Origin: the human T2T-CHM13v2.0 reference genome, Homo sapiens
DNA: 64,000 nt
Assembly (NCBI RefSeq): GCF_009914755.1
Contig: NC_060925.1
Reading direction: 5' to 3' (one strand)
The translations under genes and the position numbers were made by a program. Positions 31,941-42,105 of this stretch are shown here, piece after piece (position 1 is the stretch's first letter; every line of letters begins with the position of its first letter). The notes beneath the pieces were generated by a model. It made no database searches and was not told the DNA's origin. It saw only the letters and a list, made by a program, of their open reading frames with translations.

Positions 31941-33308
31941 CTCGTCTAAAATCGTTGATGACCAGCATTCTTCAGTGAGCAGAATTCCCACTTCCAGAAT
32001 CTATAGCTTGCTACGGAGGGTATTTTTCTGTTTCCTCTCCCCTTATTCTTTCAGAGGTGGGGAGGAAGGTCAGTCAGGGAACCCCTGCCAACTCTTCCTT
32101 TAAGAAGTATCTCCCTTTCTCCTCTGGAGGAGCAGTATATCTGGCACTGAGGTGGAGGGCTCCATTTCCGACTGGGACCCACAGTAGGTTTGCAAGGTGG
32201 CATTTGGCATTTTTTAGCATCATTGCCAGTGACAATCTAAATAATGCAGAGATAATCAATGCAACACCAACTGAGAAGGTGTGATTAAATCAATGACATC
32301 CCCAAGGAATTTTAGAACTGGTCTTTGCATCTGATGAGCATTCACACAGCTCATTCAGTTATGATAAAAATATGCCACATGAACTAGCTCTGGGGCTGGG
32401 TGAAAGCTTAGAAGCGGTGCATTTTTGATAGACTGAAGACCCCTGGCTAATAGCAATGTGGGCATATTGACTATCTGTGACATAACACTATGTATAATTT
32501 AGAACGAGCTGCTTGAATAACCGTGTTGTAGAATATTCAGGGCTGTTAAAACTGATGATGTAGATCTACATTTGTTGAGATGGAAAGCGGCCAACAATAT
32601 TGCTAAGTCGAAGGAAGCAGACTACAGAACAGCATGATTATGTAAAATTATTGCATATTTATACTGCTATCTATTTACAGATCTGTGATTATTCTCTGAA
32701 ATGTTAATAATAGTTATCTCTGGGTGATAAAATTGTGGGGTAGTTTTTAAATTTACTTAGTTTTTTGTGTTGCTTGGATTTTAACAGTAAGCAGTTATTT
32801 TTACAATCATTGAAAGAAAACAATACAGATTGAAAAAACTTGTTGAAAAAAGCCTCATTTAAAAAAACCTTCAAATTTGCTAAAAGATGCTTACTATATA
32901 ACAAAAACAAACTCTTGTATGAATGAGCAAATAAAAAAATCATTTACCTGCCTCCATAACTGAACCACATAACTGACTATGTGCTGAATATGGTTAACAG
33001 TGAAAGGGATGAAGGGACGCCGTTTTGAGGAGAGGCACAGGGGAACTCAAGCTCTCCTGACCTGGTGTACATACTATGCACACTTTTTAAGTGCCTGAAG
33101 TATGAAGTATCACTTCAAATATTATTTTAACCCAAGCTTTGATGGCAATTGATTTACAGGTATGGTATTTTTCTAAGTTCATAGCCTAAGGGACAAGAGA
33201 GAAAATATCCCATGACTGACAGCAAAGAAATGATGACTTCATTCCCCATGGCAGTTTCTGTTGCAAAGAAAAGAGACATACACTGTTGATCACAGTACAA
33301 CTCAACAC

Positions 33309-33314
33309 TTTATT
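33309..33314 (-). terminator. DDAH1: Distal polyadenylation signal of DDAH1
   Basis: Minus strand AATAAAGTGTTGAGTTGTACTGTGATCAACAGTGTATGTCTCTTTTCTTTG: hexamer plus GU/U-rich downstream element; cleavage expected near 33290. Confidence 0.85.
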
Positions 33315-35891
33315 CCATTGTGATTGGTATACATGTAAGATTGAGACATCAAGAGACTAAAAATCAGTGCAGAACTTCTCTGAACTAAAGGGCCGTGAAA
33401 GGCATGATTGGTTTTGGCACACAGAGTGGATAACCATACATTGGCTGGAATGAGGTGGTCAGGAAAATAAAATGCACAAATCTAACACCATGTTGAAATC
33501 ATGTCTGAGTTCTGGAGAAAGTTAAAGTGTAAATAATTACAAAGACTGACATGCAACTCTTTACCTTACATTATTCATCTACAGACTATTTTTCTCCCTT
33601 AGAGATGAGGAGATGGCCTTAGTAATCTGTTCAGAGTAGCTGAAAAGACCAATCAATACACATTAGAAAGATCTGCCTGATTTCTATAGCAATTCATTAT
33701 AGCTGAAGAAATAATGCTAAATAATGTATTTTCTCTATATCATCCTTTAACTAAATTGAATCACATCACCCAAGTAATTCTGACTTAACTTTTACTTAGT
33801 TAAATATAATTTCTCCTGTCTTTTAATGTCAAAAAGCAGTTTCCGTTAGTTTATCCATTGGTGTATATCACAACAGATGAGGAAAACTTATGTGATAGTA
33901 TCTTTCCTTTTCAAAAATAACATTATGCTAATGAGAACATCAAAGAAGTAATACTATGCTGCAAGTAATTTAGGTTTTCACATCATCAATCATATAGGGA
34001 GTCCAAAGAAGCCAGCCTAGCAGGTAACATAGCAGAGCAGAATGCAATGTAGAAGAGGCACACAGAGTCTAAGTGATTTCTCCAGACAAAAGAGAAGGAA
34101 AGACAGAAAGAAGCAAAAGAAAGGAAAAGTGAAAAACAGCCTTCTGCAGAACAAATTGTTACAAAGAAAAATCTATTTGCTTGCAATTGATTAAACATAA
34201 TAGAGAAGAGTTCTTTGATTTGGGATGATAGAAGTAAAGATATTAAAAATTATATGCTGGTAAGCCTAAACTGGCAGATTGGGCCATTTTTCCTGTGGTT
34301 GTATTTGAGATGTTGAGCTCTCACAGGGAGAATTTTTGCTTTTGCCAAGGAAGGGCCAGATTTAACCCAAAAGGACAACCTTGAGAACATTTTTTCTTTG
34401 TTAACTTGGGCATGTGGCTAACATTCGTTCTCTCTCTGGTAAAAAGATATTATTCATCTCTGATGAGATGGTTCAAAATATGACAGTGACCAAGACGTGG
34501 TTTATTCACAGGATGCACATAATTGGATATCTGCATATGGCATGAATTAAAAAGTTAAGCAACAAGGAAGAGAAGGAGGAGAAAAAAACTTTTGCAAATT
34601 TCTGACATAAAATAATCAAATAAAAGGGAAAGATAGTGGTTAAGGATGTTTTCATTTTCTCAGAGGTTTCTCACTTCCATCTGCTACGGGGGAAATGAAA
34701 TGAATGAAAGTAATTCTCTTTAGGTCACCAACATAAGGAATAATTTGACTGCAAACATAGAAGTGAGCAGAGCAAGACTTGAAGTGATACTTCTTAATCT
34801 CTTTGATTCTTAATCTTAAACAACAAGCCACAGGCAATACAGGAAAGGTGGAGATGACTAGGAAGTGTGATAATGTGCCTGGATCAGTTACCATTCATTG
34901 GAAAGTACCGTTTCCCCTGCCTGTTAATAGGCTGATTCCTGCAGGTTTGAGTAAAGGAATCATCTCTTCCTTCAGTGCCGCATTGTTCTTTGTAAGAGAT
35001 CCGTGTCAGTTCAAAGTTGTGTAATTTAAAGGCTAGAGAAGAAAGAAGTTTAAATTGGATCCCACAGTAAATATTCACGGATATTTCAAAGTAGAATTGT
35101 CCACTGTCTGGGGTTGGGTTCAAGCATCAAGGTGATCGCTTCCTGAACATGTTCATTGACCATGAGGAGCTGTTTACTCTGGCTCATATTAGACTACCAG
35201 TAATTATTTTCAGACATGATGTCTCTTTTGAAAGAAATGACTTTGCTGGACTAGGATAACTGCAGGGGTAGAAGACTGGAAATACGGTGAGTCAGGGTAG
35301 GTGGAAACAGAAATGAGTAGAAGGAAAAAAAAAAAGAGTTCCTCCAAGGTCATATATGGTCAGTAATGAAGCAAAAATTCATGGTATGTGACTTAAAGAC
35401 TTTCTAAGACATTGTACCCATGGGATGTTTCCAAGCTTCTTGATCTTTAATCTTTTAGCAACCTTCTGATACTGGATTTACCTTCCTAGGTGTGGTGCCC
35501 TCCTTCTGGAATTTAGATCTCTGGGGCAAACCCTGTCAGGATGTGCCTCTGTGTAGTTAACACTGCCCCAGACAGCAGCTCTGATTTCAGTCACAGTTCT
35601 GCTGAGAAGCCTGTCTGCCCCTGGCAGGGGTGAGGGGAGGGTTGTTGGTGGCAGATGTAGTCAGAGGCAGAGGAGACCAATGGCAGACAGGGTGGACCTG
35701 CAGGAAGGTAGCCAGAAGGAAAGACCTTGGGTTTTACCCAAGGTCAAGGTGGCTGTGATAGAAGAGCGAAAGGCAAAAGTAACTAACTGAATTTCAGAAT
35801 TCAGAAGTAAAAGAGAAAGGAGGAGGATCCCTGGACCAGGGACTTTCACAGGAACCAAACATGATTCATGAAAAAAAAAAAAAAAAAAAGC

Positions 35892-35913
35892 AAGCTTATC
35901 TGACTGATCAAGA
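35892..35913 (-). promoter_or_regulatory. miR-21-5p target site with extended pairing
   Basis: Plus strand aAGCTTATCtGACTGATcaaGA versus miR-21-5p UAGCUUAUCAGACUGAUGUUGA, so the minus-strand mRNA is complementary. Confidence 0.85.
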
Positions 35914-36256
35914 AGACATTCTTCAGAATATACTGGCAACTAAATAATTTTCACACCAAAAATACAGACACTAAATGAGTGTTTCCTTACTGGGATTAAT
36001 CACATTTTGATAATTCATTAGCTCTGTATCTTCTAGGTTGCTTAATTCATTTAGCAAATCCACAGCTTAGGTACCACCTCGAGGGGAGGGAGGGTGGGGG
36101 TGTTGAATGAAGCAATTCAACTTAGAATCAAATTTTGTAAACAAGAGTTAGTAGCACAGTGGCACAGTAGATTGTCAAGGAAAACAACAGGAGTGGGCAC
36201 AGAGTCATCGGCCTTGCCTGTGCGGTCTTGCCGGCTACCGGGGGGGACTCTGCAGC

Positions 36257-36373
<117 letters not shown>

Positions 36374-36709
36374 CTACAGTGGGAATCAAGGAAAAGGAAG
36401 AAAAGAAGGATTATGTTTTACCATCCTCAGAAGTGGAGAATCAATTTGATTTGTACATCTAGGCTTTTCATTCATTTAATCCCAAGACACACAGGCAGTC
36501 TCAACCACACACATGCCCACAGTCATCCCTATAGAGCTGGTGGGAACTGGTTAACCACTAGCCCTGTGCTTTAACCTCAAGGCCAAAGATGTGTCAGAAA
36601 TGTGGTTTTGCTAGAGATGCCTTTACTCTGCCATTGTCATTGCTAGATTAAGTGGTACATGGAAGTTGGTGACCATGTGTCAGTCTGAATATTACTTTCT
36701 CTTCACACT

Positions 36710-37028
36710 TTATTTTTATTTATTTATATATTTTTGGAGACAGGGTCTTGCTCTGTCGTCCAGGTTGGTGTACAGTGGCGCGACCATGGCTCACTGCAGC
36801 CTCGACTTCCCAGGCTCAAGTGATCCTCCCACCTCAGCCTCCTAAGTACCTGGGACAAACAACAGATACACACCACTATCCCTGGCTAATTTTTATTTTT
36901 TATTTTCTGTGGAGACAGGGTCTCACTATTTTGCCAGGGCTGGTCTTGGGTTCCTGGGCTCAAGTGATCATCCTGCCTTGGCCTTCCAAAGTGCTGGTAT
37001 TAAACAGGCATAAGCCACCACACTAGGC
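36710..37028 (-). mobile_element. Alu (AluJ-like) in DDAH1 last intron
   Basis: Reverse Alu consensus. Confidence 0.92.
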
Positions 37029-37339
37029 CTTCTCTTCACAGTTTAAAACCCTCTCAACTATACTTTAGGTTTATTTTCTTACCAACACTGCTGGAAAAAT
37101 TTGACAAGATATAACTTAAGTATTTCAGGTTAAACTGCTTTTAAATTACAGGTATGAATTTTATTAGCATCTTTTGACACTAATAGAAAGCATATGTCAA
37201 AACTTCAATTAACAGTTCATAGATTGTTCTGTGATGATCAAACAAAGCATATTTTTAAAAACAGAATCACTTGAAAGTGTACTGCCTAATAACAATCTCC
37301 TGTGCTTCTTTAGGAAGCACTGCGTTTCTTAAAATTCAG

Positions 37340-37595
37340 CACAGTGGTTAATTAAGAGTGTTGGAGCCAGAGTAGGGTCCCAAACCCAGTTCTGTCAACC
37401 TACTACTTAAAGAATTATTTCAGTGAAGTGACATTCCCTCTGAGCCTCGGTTTACTTCTCTGTAATATTGGAATAGTAATGTTGCCCCCATAGGGCTGTT
37501 ACAAGGACTGAATAAGATAATACACCTGGGATGCCTGGCACCCTGCCTGGCACCGGGGAAGCCCTCAGTAAACAGGGATATTATTAATACTATTG
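37340..37595 (+). mobile_element. MIR
   Basis: ccctctgagcctcggtttacttctctgtaatattggaata core. Confidence 0.75.
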
Positions 37596-38500
37596 TTATT
37601 TTTGAGAGACAAACGGCTGAATCAGGGGGGCAGTGAATAATCATCTGGTAGGTCAGATGATCAATGTGGCTAAAGAGGGATGAATGATTCAGACCTGTAT
37701 TTCTCAAAGTGAGTTCTGTGACTGGGTGCTTGTTGATATTGCAGATTCTAGGGTGGGGGTCCAGGAACTTGCATTTTTAGCAACCCTGATGTGCATTAAA
37801 GTATGAGATCCATTACTCATCTAAGAGCTGGGTAAGCCCCAGTTCTGGGTCAGGAGTACTCTATTTTCCTCAGGTTCACACTTTCAGCCATGGAAATAGA
37901 AAAAATTATCTATGTATTCCCTCACCTTTTTCTTTTTATCTGCTCAGAAAGAGGCTGTGATTAGAGAGTGAACCTAGTAATTATATCATATTGCATATTT
38001 AAAAGGTAGTATAAAATATTTTCTAATATTTGCGAAGCTTAAGACAAAAAAAAAAGATCAATGATTACTAAAGGCTCTTCTGTAATGCATAGTATAAATA
38101 TCTTGTTCCTCCGGGCAGAGATGAGATGCTGAGTGCCTAGAAGATATGGACACTTGAAGAATCTATGGACGAGCACTGTTATGTTTGCTTGGTAGGGTAA
38201 AATCGAAATTACTAAAGTATATAGATGAGACTGGCAGAGTATGCTGAAAAACAAGGGAGATTTTCTTAGACCAGGAAAAGCATTCCAGATCCAGAGAGAG
38301 CTCCCTTATTGGAACACAAACACAGAGACTCCTGGAGCGACCAGTTGGCTGATTTCGAGTGTACCATATTACTACCTGCTCTATCTTTTCAATGAAGAGC
38401 TTTTTGCTACCTAGCACGGGCAGTTTCTTCTTTCTGCAGCCCTGACAATGAACACCCACCACTCTGGGTCATTCATACTCCTCTACCTAAAGAAACAAAT

Positions 38501-39130
38501 GGCCAGGTGTGGTGGCTCATGCCTGTGCACTTTGGGAGGCTGAAGTGGGAGGATCCTTTAAGCCCAGGAGTTTGAGACTAGCTTGGGCAACATAAGGAGA
38601 CCCCGTCTCTACAAAAAATAAAAAATTAGCCAGGTATAATGGTGCATGCTTGTAGTCCCAGCTACTCGGGAGGCTGAGGTAGGAGGATTGCTCAGCCCAG
38701 GAATTTGAGGCTGCAGTGAGACATGATTATGCCACTGCACTCCAGACTTGGCAACAGAGCAAGATCCTGTCTCAAAAAAAAAAAAAAAAAAAGGACTGGG
38801 CATGGTGGCTCATGCCTGTCATTCCAGCACTTTAGGAGGCCCAGGCGGGCAGACTGCTTGAGCTCACGAATTTGATACCGGCCTGGGCAATATAATGAAA
38901 CCCCATCTCTATTAAAAATACAAAAATTAGCCAGGTTGTGGTGGTATATGCATGTAGTCCCAGCTACTCAGGAGGCTGAGGTGGGAGGATCTCTTGAGCC
39001 CGGGAGGTGGGGTTGCAGTGAGCCAAGATCGTGCCGCAGCACTCCAGCCTGGGTAACAGAGTGAGACCCTGTCTCAAAAATAATAATAATAATAATAATA
39101 AATAAAAAAATAAAAAGAAATAAAAAGAAA
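38501..39130 (+). mobile_element. Two tandem Alus (38501-38791, 38794-39130), second with (TAA)n tail
   Basis: Two head-to-tail Alu consensus copies. Confidence 0.93.
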
Positions 39131-39521
39131 AGCTGCCCTTTTCTGAGGGACAGCTCAGATCTGTCAGAAAACAGCGATACCGTTGACCATCTAATTGTAG
39201 GTCTTTATGCTTAATGAGTATCTGAGGGTGGGAAAGTACATTTAATCAGAGCTGGGGCATAGACTTGGGTGACTACTTATTTGAAAATCTGAGTATTTAT
39301 TTGAAAAGCCTTGAATACCCGGCATGATCATCTCAATTACTATGCATGCATTAGTGAGCAATGACATGAATGAGAAAAGTGAAACACATTTTCCTTGTGC
39401 CCTAAATTGTATTATCCTTTCTTTTCTTAATTGTTTGATATGTATACAGGAAAAGGAGGCTCCTATTGGTCACTCCTTTATGAAAAAATCCCCAGGGAGG
39501 CTGACCCAGCTGCAGTGGTCA

Positions 39522-39683
<162 letters not shown>

Positions 39684-40129
39684 CTATAAAGAGAAACAAA
39701 GCAGGCCTAAGAAGAGTAACTCCCCACACTTTCAAACAGAAGGAAGGCAGTGTGGTAGGATACAAGCTTGGAACTGACACTTTAGGCTGTTCCTCTGTTC
39801 AAATTCCCATCTATTACCTCCAGTCACTTAGAACCAGAAAAGGAAAACTTGATTAAGCTATGAGTCTTTGGAAGAATTGCAAGGGTTTTTGTTGCTCTTT
39901 AAAAGTATGTGTTTGTCTCTCTTTTCTTTTAAGGTTTTAAAACCGTCTATTATTTTTCTAGTCTTTGTTCGTAAGACTTATCAGTAAGATGCAAAATGGC
40001 CACATGTAAGGCCCAGCAGGGGTTTTGATATCTTTGGCTGAGTAAGCAGGGCTGCCTCCTCTATAGGAAAGAAGGGCCATACCAGTAATCAGAATAGTCA
40101 ATAATGTGAATCTGATTAATCAGTAACAC

Positions 40130-40180
40130 CACACGTGTGTGCATGCACGTGCGTGCGCGCGCGCGCGCACACACACACGC
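40130..40180. repeat. 51-nt alternating purine-pyrimidine tract with (GC)7 core
   Basis: cacacgtgtgtgcatgcacgtgcgtgcgcgcgcgcgcgcacacacacacgc. Confidence 0.95.
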
Positions 40181-41924
40181 TTTGCTCTTCCACATACTTT
40201 TAAACTGAATTCACCTGTTCATTGGCAGGTGATGGCCTTAATACAATGAGCATAAAAGCCACCTGGGGAGAATAAGAAAATCATATTCCCAGGCCTCACC
40301 CTTAGGGAAAGCTGGTTTGGCAGATTTTGGGTGAGGCATAGGAATTTTGCATTTTGAAGCCCTACAGATAATTTTGAGGCAGAGGTTCCCTGGACCACAA
40401 CTGGAGAGAAAAAAAAAAAAACCTACTTGGCAGGTCTGTTCTTCAAATGATGAACTTATTAGTATCCTAGCATAAAATAACTTTAAAAACAACACAAAAA
40501 TGAACTCTGCACAAAATTTAAAATATTGATACCTCATCCTTACCTCCTCAACATAATCAAAACTATCAAAAAACAACACTCCTCCCCCTAACAACAAGAA
40601 TATCCAAATTAAAAACCCACAAAAACAAATATTATTTGGGGTTTAGTCATGTAGACTCTTTCTACTCTTTATCAATATCCATACAGTTTTAAGGAATCTG
40701 CTGAAATATCATGCTAGGAAGGTATAACATGATCTTTTCCACAATCTGGTTCTAATCTACCTTTATGGTCCCATTTACTTTTACTTTTCAGTGTTTGTAT
40801 GGAAATGTGCTTCATATTACTAGGCAGACATGCCCACTCAGTCATGGGGGCACTGGATAGTAAGATTTATGGTATGAAAAGCAGAAGAGAGACAGCATGC
40901 TTCCTGTAGAAAATTCATTCCTAAGAGTGGCACATAGTAAGCCCTTCCTGACTCACCAGTCAGGTAAATCATTCACTTCTAGTGTGGAATATGTCAAGGG
41001 TGGAGAGAGGCCAAGAGCAATCCCATAATGGAATACCCTTCACATGGAATGAAACATCAGGAATGGGGATGAGCTTATGCACTGTATGAAAGGCTGAGAC
41101 ATACAGATGAACAGGTCACAGACCCAGTTTTCCAAGATTACAGTTTAGTGGAGGAAACTGACAGAAAAATAGATAATTATATTACAATAAGAACTAGCAG
41201 GGCACCATGCCAAACATTTTACATTTATTATCTAATCTCAAACTTCTATTTTACAGATGAAGAAACTGCACTGAGAGAGGTCAAATAACTTGCTTTAGGT
41301 CACATAGGTAGATTCAAACCCAGATCTGTGCAACTCAAAACGTTTCTTAATCATCTCACTTTGCTCTTTCTCAACTTCTGCAGCAGGAAACTACCTCCTA
41401 CAAACTACATAACACCTACTTTTTCACATTCACTTGATACTTATTATTCATTCTCTGGCAGTACCATTAATTCTTTTCTTGTATGTAATCCTGTTATGAC
41501 CTGCTACCGTCTGGTATAGGTAAAGGACTTAACTGGACATCTCTCTTGCACTTTTGAATTTAAATTGTTCTTGAAGGGATAGGCCCATAGAGGGGCTCAC
41601 CTATGGAGTGGGTCTTTCTTTACAGCCCTGATTAGAAACCTTAGATCTAATCCAACATGTGGGCAATTAAGAAGTTAAAGACACTCCTAAAGATTAACTT
41701 TTCTAAGAAAATTAACAACATATTCAATTTAGCCCTCTTTATAAAATGGATATGCCCAGAAATAATATGAAGACGCTTGAGAGAATAAAAAAACAGACCC
41801 AAGTAGCTCTTTTGTTACGAATTGCAATTTAGTTCTTCTTATGCAGATTTTCTTTTTGGCTGCTTCCAAAACACAATAATAGCAGCTTCCATTTATTATT
41901 GTGTGCAAGGGAACAAATGAAGAC

Positions 41925-42105
41925 CGCCTGAGCCCGGGAGTTTGAGACCAGCCTGGGCAACATGGCGAAACCCTGTCTCTACAAAAAAATTAGCTGGGTG
42001 TGGTGGCACACACCTGTAGTCACCTCCTCAGGAGGCTGAGGTGGGAAGATCATAGAGGTTGCCACCAGCCGAGATAGTGCCACTGCACTCCAGCCTGAGC
42101 CACAG
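41925..42105 (+). mobile_element. Partial Alu
   Basis: Internal Alu fragment without head or tail. Confidence 0.85.

Larger units (their letters stand above)
33290..36256 (-). other. DDAH1: DDAH1 3' UTR (~3 kb)
   Basis: Follows the stop codon, has no recognisable Alu/L1, and ends at an AATAAA with a downstream GU/U-rich element. 3' end approximate. Confidence 0.85.

Noticed and set aside
35190-35260. Acceptor-like cttctacccctgcag followed by short open frames
   Set aside because: First considered as a terminal exon, but it lies inside the DDAH1 3' UTR.
35892-35913. Possible miR-21 paralogue or pseudogene on the plus strand
   Set aside because: No complementary star arm or pre-miR-21 flanks seen nearby; better explained as a target site on the DDAH1 strand.
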